DNA from: Sphingomicrobium sp.
Lineage (GTDB): Bacteria > Pseudomonadota > Alphaproteobacteria > Sphingomonadales > Sphingomonadaceae
Reading direction: 5' to 3'
Assembly (NCBI GenBank): GCA_035701045.1
Contig: DASSOB010000018.1
Location: 4,583 to 68,582 of the forward strand
Length of the DNA: 64,000 bases
Positions 8,772-18,071 of this stretch are shown piece after piece (the first letter of the stretch is position 1; each line of letters begins with the position of its first letter). The notes beneath the pieces were generated by a model. It had not been told where the DNA came from and did no database searches. It saw only the letters and a list, made by a program, of their open reading frames with translations. A program made the position numbers and the translations under genes.

Positions 8772-9814
8772 GCAGGCGTCTCCGCCGGCTCGATCCTGAC
8801 CGGCGGCAGCTCGACGATCGCGTAAGTTCCAGACGCGATCCCGATCTTCGCCTCGTCGAGCCCCGCCATGATGTCGCGGCTCATCGCGTCCTTCAGGTCA
8901 CGGATGCCGTGATCCGGCGCGAGGAAGCGCACCGTCAGCTCGAGCCAGTTGTCGGTGATCCGCCAATAGACGCGCGGGTCGATCTCGCCGACGTTGATGC
9001 CGAAGCGCTCGTGCAGCCGCTTCACCTCGTCCATGCCGATCTTGTTCCCGGTGACCGCGTGCCGCTTGGCCGCCTCGACGAGGATGCGCTGCACCGTCTC
9101 TCGATCGTCCTGGTAGCGGACCGGCACACGCATCTCATCCCAGATGTAGGGGAATTCCTGGGTGTAATTGTACACCGGCTCGTCGAACACCTTGTCGTTG
9201 GTGACGGTCACGATGCGGCCGGTGAACTGGCGGCTGTGCACCCACATCGCGGGCTCGGTGCCGGGATTGACCTGCGGCGGCTGCCCCGTTTCCATGATCT
9301 GGGACTGCATGAAGCTGAGGTTCACCACGTCGCCACGCACGCCGCCCATGACGATGCGGTCCCCGACGTTGAAGGTCTTCCCGCGCAGGATCACGAAATA
9401 GCCGGCGACGGCGGTAATCACCCGCTGCAATGCGAAGGCGAGGCCGGCACCGACCAGCGCGAACGCCGTCGCGAGGCGCGCGGGATTGTCGAACCAAATC
9501 GACACGATGCCGAAGATCAGGATGATCGCGAGGATCAGGCTGACCGCCTGCTTCGCCCAGAAATGGAAGCGCGTGCCGCCGCGGCTGCCGATGAACAGCC
9601 TCAGCAACTGGCGAAGCGCCCACCCGACCAGGAAGACGATCAGGATCAAGGCGAGCGTCACCAGCAGCTTGCGCCCGTTCTCGGCGGTTGCACCGATCAG
9701 CGTGACCCCGAAGACGTGCAGCCCCGGCACGGTCGCGCCCGGGCTTGCCGCCGCGGCCGCCGGAGCGGCGGCATTCTGCGCGGCGTTGAGGATGTCCGTG
9801 GGCGATCCCTGCAC
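8768..9814 (-). CDS. Mechanosensitive ion channel (MscS family)
   Basis: TM helices LLVTLALILIVFLVGWAL and VSLILAIILIFGIVSIWF. Pore/beta domain AGLAFALQRVITAVAGYFVILRGKTFNVGDRIVMGGVRGDVV. Start uncertain: GTG 9814, GTG 9730, or the ORF-track start 9913. Confidence 0.8.
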   Translation of the reverse strand: MQGSPTDILNAAQNAAAPAAAAASPGATVPGLHVFGVTLIGATAENGRKLLVTLALILIVFLVGWALRQLLRLFIGSRGGTRFHFWAKQAVSLILAIILIFGIVSIWFDNPARLATAFALVGAGLAFALQRVITAVAGYFVILRGKTFNVGDRIVMGGVRGDVVNLSFMQSQIMETGQPPQVNPGTEPAMWVHSRQFTGRIVTVTNDKVFDEPVYNYTQEFPYIWDEMRVPVRYQDDRETVQRILVEAAKRHAVTGNKIGMDEVKRLHERFGINVGEIDPRVYWRITDNWLELTVRFLAPDHGIRDLKDAMSRDIMAGLDEAKIGIASGTYAIVELPPVRIEPAETPA

Positions 9815-9823
9815 GCTCCGCTC

Positions 9824-9849
9824 AACCGGACGCCGCGCGAGAAGGTTCC
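9824..9849 (-). promoter_or_regulatory. EcfG-type promoter candidate (GGAAC-N17-GGTT) for the MscS gene
   Basis: Minus strand reads GGAAC (9849-9845), 17 nt, GGTT (9827-9824). One mismatch to the CGTT -10 element. Confidence 0.4.
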
Positions 9850-9865
9850 GGTGGGCGCAAGCGCC

Positions 9866-9890
9866 GGAACAGCGCCGCGCATGCGCCGTT
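9866..9890 (+). promoter_or_regulatory. EcfG-type promoter (GGAAC-N16-CGTT)
   Basis: GGAAC 9866-9870, AGCGCCGCGCATGCGC, CGTT 9887-9890. Then 10 nt, AAGGAGAG (9901-9908) and ATG 9913. Confidence 0.55.
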
Positions 9891-9912
9891 CCTCTGCACG
9901 AAGGAGAGCACA

Positions 9913-10179
9913 ATGGACGACCGCAGCGATACGCGCGCCGACACTGCCCGCGAGCATGACGACAGCGACATCATCGATCGCGCCGAGCCCGCGCCCAGCC
10001 AGGGCGGCACCTCCGGCGGCAATCTCCAGGAGGACGTCGCCACCCAGGCCGAGCTGGAGCGCGTCCGCGACCCCGAAGCGATGGAAGGCGTCGACAAGCA
10101 GGACGACATCAACCACCAGCAGCGCTACGAAAAACGGCACCCGGCGGACAAATCGTCGGGCGGCGGCAGCTCAGAGTAG
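9913..10179 (+). CDS. Small acidic hydrophilic protein (88 aa), hypothetical
   Basis: Strong RBS, third codon positions G/C-rich by eye, and an EcfG-type promoter directly upstream. No family recognised. Confidence 0.6.
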   Translation: MDDRSDTRADTAREHDDSDIIDRAEPAPSQGGTSGGNLQEDVATQAELERVRDPEAMEGVDKQDDINHQQRYEKRHPADKSSGGGSSE

Positions 10180-10461
10180 ATCGAGAGTCACGCTGATCTC
10201 GTCGCCGGCGGCGATGTCCGCCTTGCGGATTACGTCCATCTTCACCGGCAGGAAGTAGCCGCCGGTGTCCTTGGACGGAAACACCGAGGTCCGCCAGGTA
10301 ACATCGCTGAGCCTCACCTCGACCCGAACCGAGCCGAAGCCGCGCCGCACGAGCATGGCGTGTGCGCGGATTTCCGCCGAGACCTCCGCGGGCACGCTCA
10401 TGAAGTGCATGCGGCCTTCGTCGTTACGCCAGATTTTGAGCAGTCCGGTGACGGTGATCAT
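10171..10461 (-). CDS. DUF1905-like small protein
   Basis: 96 aa: MITVTGLLKIWRNDEGRMHFMSVPAEVSAEI...YFLPVKMDVIRKADIAAGDEISVTLDL. Its ATG overlaps (ATGA) the frame-restored stop of the upstream ydeI-like gene. Confidence 0.7.
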   Translation of the reverse strand: MITVTGLLKIWRNDEGRMHFMSVPAEVSAEIRAHAMLVRRGFGSVRVEVRLSDVTWRTSVFPSKDTGGYFLPVKMDVIRKADIAAGDEISVTLDLL

Positions 10462-11038
10462 GGCTCATTCTGCCCGTCATATTGCGGGAGGCGGCGGCCC
10501 TCGGCACTCACCCGGATCAGCTCCCGGAGCCTCTTCGCCCGCGTCTCGGCCCTCTTCGCGCCGGCGATCCACCCGAGGACTGTCTTGCGGTAACCGGCCG
10601 GCCGCCCCTCCCAATCCGTCCACGCGTCTTTGCTCTTGCGGAAAGCGCCTCTTCATCCGCAGCGAACTCGGCGAGCGGCTTCTCGTACGAATAGACGCCG
10701 CTCGGATGCTTGTCGCGCTCGTAGGCCGCCTCGCCCGCCGCCGTCATCAGGCCTGCGGCCTCGAGTGCCTCGAACCGCTCGACATTCACCTTGCTCCAGA
10801 TGCTCCCCTTGCGCCGCGGCGTGAAGCGGATGGTGTACGCCTCCTCGCCCAGCGACCTGCGCACCCCGTCGATCCACCCGAAGCAAAGCGCCTGATCCCG
10901 CGCCTGCGGCCAGTCGATCGACGGCTTGCCGCTGCCCTTCTTCCAGAAACCGACGAGGAGTTCGGGGGCGGTATCGTAGTTCCCGGAGAGCCAGCGGCGG
11001 AAGTCGGCTTCGGTGGGGAAATAGGTGGGTTGCGTCAC
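10458..11038 (-). pseudogene. YdeI/OmpD-associated family gene interrupted by a 1-nt frameshift
   Basis: The N-terminal 120 aa are in the ORF-track frame (GTG 11038; FWKKGSGKPSIDWPQARDQALCFGWIDGVRR). The conserved C-terminus AFRKSKDAWTDWEGRPAGYRKTVLGWIAGAKRAETRAKRLRELIRVSAEGRRLP is in another frame. The shift is near 10640-10650. Confidence 0.7.
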
Positions 11039-11044
11039 TTGCTC

Positions 11045-11430
11045 GTCATCCCGGCCCTGAGCCGGGATCCACCTTCTTATTGATCAGCGACTCAAATCCG
11101 AAGTCCTCGGCCAAATCGCGCCAAGTCGGATTCTCCATTACGATGAGTTGGATTTTCCAATCGCGGTGCCAGCGCTTGATAGACTTCTCGCGACGGATCG
11201 CAGTTTCCATTCTTTCGTGCACTTCGAACCAGACGAGCCGCTTCACCCCATAGCGCGTCGTGAATCCCTTCGTGATACCCTCTCGGTGTTGCCAGGTGCG
11301 GCCCAACAAGTTCGAAGTCACACCTGTATACAGCGTGCCGTGAAAGCCACTTGCAAGCAGGTAAACACAGGGACTCGCTCCATGTGCGTCATCGAATTGA
11401 AGGTGGACCCCGGGTCAAGCCCGGGGTGAC
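11045..11430. mobile_element. Hairpin-TIR-bounded GIY-YIG cassette 1 (candidate selfish element)
   Basis: 32-nt inverted repeats at 11045-11076 and 11399-11430 match at 27/32 positions, and the stem differences are compensatory. They enclose only the GIY-YIG ORF. The interior is visibly more A/T-rich than its surroundings (by eye). Confidence 0.5.
11046..11392 (-). pseudogene. Stand-alone GIY-YIG nuclease gene with a frameshift between the ATG and the GIY motif
   Basis: ATGs at 11392 and 11383 (MTHMERVP) are in one frame. CVYLLASGFHGTLYTGVTSNLLGRTWQHREGITKGFTTRYGVKRLVWFE...REKSIKRWHRDWK is in the next frame. One extra C in the run at 11370-11372 would join them. The ORF track starts at internal GTG 11321. 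Confidence 0.7.
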
Positions 11431-11441
11431 GGTGGAGGGTC

Positions 11442-13121
<1,680 letters not shown>

Positions 13122-13199
13122 GGGGTCGCGGATGTCCTTATCGAATGAGTGTTTGGAGGGTTGAGGGCCAGTTAGGCGCTGGCGCCGATGAATTCCAGC

Positions 13200-13610
13200 C
13201 CGTTCCCCTGCGAAGGCAGGGGTCCAGACCCGGACTGGAGCTTCAGCGGAAGTCCGGTCATGCTGCGGCCGATGAAAGCCGGGTACGTCTACATCATGGC
13301 GAGCGGCCGCAACGGAACGCTCTACATTGGCGTGACGAGCGATCTCGTGAAACGCGTCTGGGAGCACCGCAACGGCGTCGTTGCGGCTTCACGCGGAAAT
13401 ACGGATGCAAGCTGCTCGTCTGGTACGCTGCTTACGACGAAATTCAGCAGGCGCGATTGCGCGAGCTTCAGATGAAGAAATGGAAGCGCCTGTGGAAGCT
13501 CAGCGAAATCGAGCAGATGAACCCGGACTGGCGGGACCTGTATCCGACGCTGTTGTGAAGCCCCTGCTTCCGCAGGGGCTGTCTGGACCCCTGCCTTCGC
13601 AGGGGAACGG
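13200..13610. mobile_element. Hairpin-TIR-bounded GIY-YIG cassette 2 (candidate selfish element)
   Basis: CCGTTCCCCTGCGAAGGCAGGGGTCCAGAC (13200-13229) is the perfect reverse complement of 13581-13610. A third hairpin with the same stem lies at 13560-13579. Confidence 0.5.
13260..13558 (+). pseudogene. Stand-alone GIY-YIG nuclease gene with an internal 1-nt frameshift
   Basis: MKAGYVYIMASGRNGTLYIGVTSDLVKRVWEHRNGVV is in one frame. GFTRKYGCKLLVWYAAYDEIQQARLRELQMKKWKRLWK...NPDWRDLYP is in the next. The junction is GTTGCGGCTTCACG at 13381-13394, and one extra G would restore the frame. Confidence 0.75.
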
Positions 13611-13943
13611 CTAGAACGGAAGCTTGAACCCGGGCGGGAGCGGGAGGCCGCTCTGCATCTTCTGCATCTCCACTGCCGCCGCCGCGTCGGCTTTGGATCG
13701 GGCATCGTTGAGGGCGGCCGCGATCAAATCCTCGATCATGGTCTTTTCCGACGGTTGAAGCAGGCTCTCGTCAAGATCGACCGAAAGGATCCGTCCCTTG
13801 GCCGTCGCGCGGATCTTGACCATTCCGCCGCCCGCGGCGCCCTCCACCTCGATCTTGTCGAGATTGTCCTGCGCTTTCTGGAGCTCCGCCTGGGCGTTTT
13901 GAGCCATTTGCATGATGGAATCGAAGTCGGGCATTTCGGGCAT
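13611..13943 (-). CDS. ybaB: YbaB/EbfC family nucleoid-associated protein
   Basis: MPEMPDFDSIMQMAQNAQAELQKAQDNLDKIEVEGAAGGGMVKIRATAKGRILSV. Lies immediately downstream of dnaX. Confidence 0.85.
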   Translation of the reverse strand: MPEMPDFDSIMQMAQNAQAELQKAQDNLDKIEVEGAAGGGMVKIRATAKGRILSVDLDESLLQPSEKTMIEDLIAAALNDARSKADAAAAVEMQKMQSGLPLPPGFKLPF

Positions 13944-13944
13944 C

Positions 13945-15573
13945 TCAGGCCCCTTTCGTTGAGTGGGATTCCAGCTCGGCATCCGGGAAGGCGTCCATGA
14001 CCGCGCGTACATTCGGATCGGCAAGCACGTCGGCGCGAACGCGCTCCTTGAGCATTTTCTCCTGATCGAGCAGCGACGGCTCGCCCGCTTCGTCCGAAAG
14101 CGAGACTTGCCAGCTGGCGCCGGTCGCCGATTTCAGCTCCTTCGCCAGCTCGCGCGACCAGTCGACGCCGAGCGGGCGCGTCGGCTTCAGCACCAGCTCA
14201 GGCGGGGCGTAGCGGACCAGCCCCACCTGATCGTGAAGCTGCTGCGCGAGAATGCGTTTGCCCCCTTGCTCAAGAGCCTCGACCAATGCTGTGAAATCAC
14301 CGGGAATTCGCGCCGCCGGGCCGCCGGGCTTGGCGGCGGAGGTCGAAGCAGTCACGGATGCGGGCCCTTCCCCGCTGAGCCTCGCCATCAGCGCAGCCGG
14401 ATCGGGCAATTCGGCGGCGTGGATCAGGCGCAGCAACGCCATTTCAGCCGCTTCCCTCGGATCGGGCGCGACTTCCACGTCCTGGAGGCCCTTCAGCAGC
14501 ATCTGCCACAAGCGGTGGATCGCGCCCCAGGACAGGTTCTGCGCCAGTTTGGCGGCGCTGTCGCGCTCTTCCGACGATTGCAGCGCGTCGGCTTTGGCGC
14601 CCGCCTTCGCGCGTGTCGCGGCGTGGAGGGCTTCCATGAGCCCGCGGAGAAGCTGCGTAGGGTCGATGCCCAGCTCATGCGCTTGGTCGAGCTCCGAAAG
14701 CGCGCCCCCCGCATCGCCCGAGAGCGCCAGCTGGAGCAACCGGCGGATTCGGCCGCGATCCGCGAGCCCGAGCATGTCGCGCACCTGCTCGGCCGTGACC
14801 GCGCCCGCGCCATGCGCGATCGCCTGGTCGAGGATCGAGAGCCCGTCGCGGGCCGACCCTTCCGCGGCCCGCGCAATCATGCCGATCGCCTCGGGCTCGA
14901 TCTCCACGCCTTCCGCGGCCGCGACCTCCGTGAAACGCGCCGCGAGCGTTTCGGCCGGGATACGCCGCAGATCGAACCGCTGGCAGCGCGAGAGCACCGT
15001 GACCGGAACCTTGCTGACCTCGGTCGTGGCGAGAAAGAACTTCACATGTTCAGGTGGCTCTTCGAGTGTCTTGAGAAGCGCATTGAACGCTTCCTTGGTC
15101 ATCATATGCACTTCGTCGATGATGTACGTCTTGTAGCGCGCGCTGACCGGCGTGTAGCGCACCGCCTCGGTGATTTCCCGGACGTCGTCGATGCCCCGAT
15201 TGCTCGCGGCATCCATTTCCACGACGTCGATGTGCCGGCCCTCCGCGATCGCGCGGCACGGCTCGCAGACGTTGCAGGGCGTGATCGTGGGACCGCCCTT
15301 CCCGTCCGGGCCGATGCAATTGAGCGCTTTGGCGATCAGCCGCGCCGTCGAGGTCTTGCCGACGCCCCGAACGCCGGTGAGCAGGAAGGCGTGCGCAATC
15401 CGGTCGCGCTCGATCGCGTTGGCGAGCGTCTTCACCATCGCATCCTGGCCAATCAGCTCGGCGAAGGTCTGCGGCCGGTACTTGCGCGCGAGCACGCGGT
15501 ACGGCGAAGCGCCAGCGGGCTGTTGCGGCTGCTCGGGCATGTCCATTCCCAAGGCGGGCGATTCGTCGTCCAT
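13945..15573 (-). CDS. dnaX: DNA polymerase III subunit gamma/tau
   Basis: 542 aa with YRPQTFAELIGQ, GVRGVGKTSTARL, the C-x-C zinc module CNVCEPC, and IIDEVHM. Confidence 0.9.
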   Translation of the reverse strand: MDDESPALGMDMPEQPQQPAGASPYRVLARKYRPQTFAELIGQDAMVKTLANAIERDRIAHAFLLTGVRGVGKTSTARLIAKALNCIGPDGKGGPTITPCNVCEPCRAIAEGRHIDVVEMDAASNRGIDDVREITEAVRYTPVSARYKTYIIDEVHMMTKEAFNALLKTLEEPPEHVKFFLATTEVSKVPVTVLSRCQRFDLRRIPAETLAARFTEVAAAEGVEIEPEAIGMIARAAEGSARDGLSILDQAIAHGAGAVTAEQVRDMLGLADRGRIRRLLQLALSGDAGGALSELDQAHELGIDPTQLLRGLMEALHAATRAKAGAKADALQSSEERDSAAKLAQNLSWGAIHRLWQMLLKGLQDVEVAPDPREAAEMALLRLIHAAELPDPAALMARLSGEGPASVTASTSAAKPGGPAARIPGDFTALVEALEQGGKRILAQQLHDQVGLVRYAPPELVLKPTRPLGVDWSRELAKELKSATGASWQVSLSDEAGEPSLLDQEKMLKERVRADVLADPNVRAVMDAFPDAELESHSTKGA

Positions 15574-15599
15574 TTGTTCTCGTTTAAGGATTCGCTGCC

Positions 15600-15670
15600 G
15601 TCATTGCGAGGAGCGTAGCGACGCGGCAATCCAGAGCAACGCTGGATTGCTTCATTGCGCTCGCAATGAC
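15600..15670. repeat. Nested palindromic element
   Basis: Outer arms GTCATTGCGAG (15600-15610) and CTCGCAATGAC (15660-15670). Inner 9-bp stem GCAATCCAG (15626-15634) and CTGGATTGC (15642-15650). Confidence 0.6.
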
Positions 15671-15704
15671 GGGATTAGCTTGCCGGCCGAAGCCTCGGCG
15701 TAGG

Positions 15705-15800
15705 CCGGTGGAAGCCGGCGACCCGGCACGAAATCGTTGTGGCTGCTTCCTTCCGGATCTGACCAGGTTGGCGACAGCGCCGTCCGCCGACTTCCGGCCG
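15705..15800 (-). ncRNA. ffs: Signal recognition particle RNA (4.5S); ends approximate
   Basis: The minus strand reads ...CCUGGUCAGAUCCGGAAGGAAGCAGCCAC..., the conserved SRP domain IV motif. Closing helix: GGAAGUCGGCG / CGCCGGCUUCC. Typical position upstream of dnaX. Confidence 0.75.
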
Positions 15801-15895
15801 CGCATATGGTGGAAGGACCGCCCGTGCGCAAGCTCACACATCAGTGCTTCATTCGCCGTTCACCGTGGGGGGGCGACGTGCGATAGCCGAAAGAG

Positions 15896-16624
15896 ATGCC
15901 CTTGCCCGCTCTTCTCCTCGCGCTGCTTGCTCCCGCATCTCAAGCGCCCGTGCCGCCCTCGGCACCGATCGTCGTCACGGCGCACCCCTGGGCGCCGTTC
16001 ATCAGCCCGATGGGCGAGCCGTTCCGCGCGCATTCCGCGACCGACGACACGCTGACGAAATGGTTTCGCCAGGCGGACCGGGATGGCGACGGCTTTCTCA
16101 CTGCCGCGGAGATGCAGGCTGACGCGGAGCGCTTCTTCGCGACCCTAGACACCGATCACGACGGGGAGATCGACCCCGACGAGCTCGCTCATTACGAATA
16201 TGAAATCGCGCCCGATGTGCAGGTGATGTCCCGGACCAAGCGAGCGCCGGGACAGCCGGCGCCGGCAGCGATCGAAGGCAATTCGGAAAAGCATGTCCGC
16301 GAACGGGGAAAGCGCCGCCGCGATGAAGGCTACGCCAGCCTCGGACTCGGCGGATCGCTGCAGGGTGCGGCGCGATATGCGCTGCTCAACATTCCGGAGC
16401 CCGTCGCGGCCGCCGATACGGACTTCAACCGGTCGATCACACTCGAGGAGTTCAGGCAGGCGGCGTTCGCCCGCTTCCAGCTTCTCGACAGTGGACGCCA
16501 GGGCAGGCTTAGCCTCGCCCAGCTGGCGGCAATGCCTCACGTCCCGAGTGGCGACAAGCATCGGAAGATCGACGCTGACGCGAGGGACACCCGCATCGGC
16601 AACCCGCTTCCGACGGACCCCTAG
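15896..16624 (+). CDS. Secreted EF-hand domain protein
   Basis: Signal-like MPLPALLLALLAPASQA. EF-hand loops DRDGDGFLTAAE and DTDHDGEIDPDE. Confidence 0.7.
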   Translation: MPLPALLLALLAPASQAPVPPSAPIVVTAHPWAPFISPMGEPFRAHSATDDTLTKWFRQADRDGDGFLTAAEMQADAERFFATLDTDHDGEIDPDELAHYEYEIAPDVQVMSRTKRAPGQPAPAAIEGNSEKHVRERGKRRRDEGYASLGLGGSLQGAARYALLNIPEPVAAADTDFNRSITLEEFRQAAFARFQLLDSGRQGRLSLAQLAAMPHVPSGDKHRKIDADARDTRIGNPLPTDP

Positions 16625-16956
16625 CGCCCCATCCAGTTCCTGGCGCCCGGCGGGATTCGCACGTCGAGGCTCTCCATCCCCTCCGTCAGCATGATCTGGC
16701 AGGCCAGGCGCGACGTGCGCGTGGCGTGCGCGGCGAGATCGAGCAAATCCTCTTCCTCCTCGCTCGCCGGCGGCAAACGCGCGAAATCCTCGGAATCGAC
16801 GATCACGTGACAGGTCGAGCAGGCCATCACGCCTTCGCATGCTCCCTCCAGCGGCTCGCGCGCCGCCCAGGCGACGTCGAGCAGCCGCTGCCCCGGCGCC
16901 GCTTCCACTTCCTTGTCGAGAGTTCCGTCCGCCCGGAAAAACCGCACCAGGGTCAC
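16621..16956 (-). CDS. 2Fe-2S ferredoxin (adrenodoxin type)
   Basis: GTG 16956 overlaps the upstream stop (GTGA). The Cys pattern CEGVMACSTCHV...LACQ matches C-x5-C-x2-C...C. Confidence 0.8.
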   Translation of the reverse strand: MTLVRFFRADGTLDKEVEAAPGQRLLDVAWAAREPLEGACEGVMACSTCHVIVDSEDFARLPPASEEEEDLLDLAAHATRTSRLACQIMLTEGMESLDVRIPPGARNWMGR

Positions 16957-18071
16957 GCGCTGAGTCTCTCCTGCGTGTCCGCTGCCGCGGCGATCCGCCC
17001 GCAGGCTTCCACCAGCTCGCTTTCCTTCGTGTATCGCCCGAATCCGAGGCGGATGGACGAGCGCGTTTCGCGATAGTCGAGGCCGAGGGCGCGGAGCACG
17101 TGACTCGGCCTGCCCGACCCGCTCGCACATGCCGATCCGAGCGAAAAGGCGATGCTCCTCAGCTCGGCCATCACACGGGCTGCGTCCACCCCGTCGCGGC
17201 GGATGTTGAGATTGCCGTGATAGCGATGCTCGGTGTTGCCGTTGATCGTCCAGCGATCGCCCAGTACGCGCGAAGCGGCGGCCCAGAGCTTCTGCACGTG
17301 ATCGTAGTCGCGCGTCATGCGCTCGTCCGCCAGCGCGGCCGCCGCGCCGAACCCGACGCACAGCGCCGGCGACAGGGTCCCCGAGCGCAGCCCTTTCTCC
17401 TGCCCGCCGCCGTGAATGAGCGGAGCCGGTTCCGCACCTGAGCGCATCCACAGCGCGCCGATGCCCTTGGGACCATGAATCTTGTGCGCCGATACCGCGA
17501 CCAGGTCCGGACCCTTGCAGAGTTCGAACCGGCCGAACGCCTGCACCGCGTCGCACAGCATCAGCGCGCCGAATTCGTGCGCCATCCTCGCGATTTCCGA
17601 AATCGGCTGCGTGACGCCAATCTCATTGTTGACCTGCATGACGGCGACCAGGAGCACGCGCTCGTCGAACTCGCGCGCCAGCAGCTCGAGGTCGAGGCGC
17701 CCGTCCGGCACCACCGGAAGGACTGTGAGGTCGATCCCCTTGCTCGCCAGCCACTCGCAAGTATCTAGAACCGCGGCATGTTCGGTCGCGACCGTGACGA
17801 TCCTGTGCCGGCCTCTGGGAGCTTTCTCAACCGTGCCTTTGAGCGCCCAGTTCAACGCTTCGGTCGCGCTGCCCGTAAAAGCGATGCTTCCGCCTTTGAG
17901 GTCGATCGCCGTCTCGGCCTGTTTGCGCGCGACCTCGATTGCTGCGGCCGCCTCGTGGCCCCAGCGAGACGGCGAGTGCGGATTGGCGAACTTCTCCTCG
18001 ATCCACGGGCGCATCGCCTGCTCGACTTCCGGCGCAACCGGCGTCGTCGCCTGATAATCGAGGTAGATCAT
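16953..18071 (-). CDS. Cysteine desulfurase (class V aminotransferase, NifS/IscS-like)
   Basis: Start ATG 18071 (MIYLDYQATTP). PLP lysine in SAHKIHGPKGIG. Active-site SLGSACASG. Confidence 0.85.
   Translation of the reverse strand: MIYLDYQATTPVAPEVEQAMRPWIEEKFANPHSPSRWGHEAAAAIEVARKQAETAIDLKGGSIAFTGSATEALNWALKGTVEKAPRGRHRIVTVATEHAAVLDTCEWLASKGIDLTVLPVVPDGRLDLELLAREFDERVLLVAVMQVNNEIGVTQPISEIARMAHEFGALMLCDAVQAFGRFELCKGPDLVAVSAHKIHGPKGIGALWMRSGAEPAPLIHGGGQEKGLRSGTLSPALCVGFGAAAALADERMTRDYDHVQKLWAAASRVLGDRWTINGNTEHRYHGNLNIRRDGVDAARVMAELRSIAFSLGSACASGSGRPSHVLRALGLDYRETRSSIRLGFGRYTKESELVEACGRIAAAADTQERLSA

Noticed and set aside
13945-15573. Programmed -1 frameshift site in dnaX (the gamma/tau switch, as in E. 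coli).
   Set aside because: I found no A-AAA-AAG-type slippery heptamer on the coding strand by eye. The ORF is a single continuous frame.
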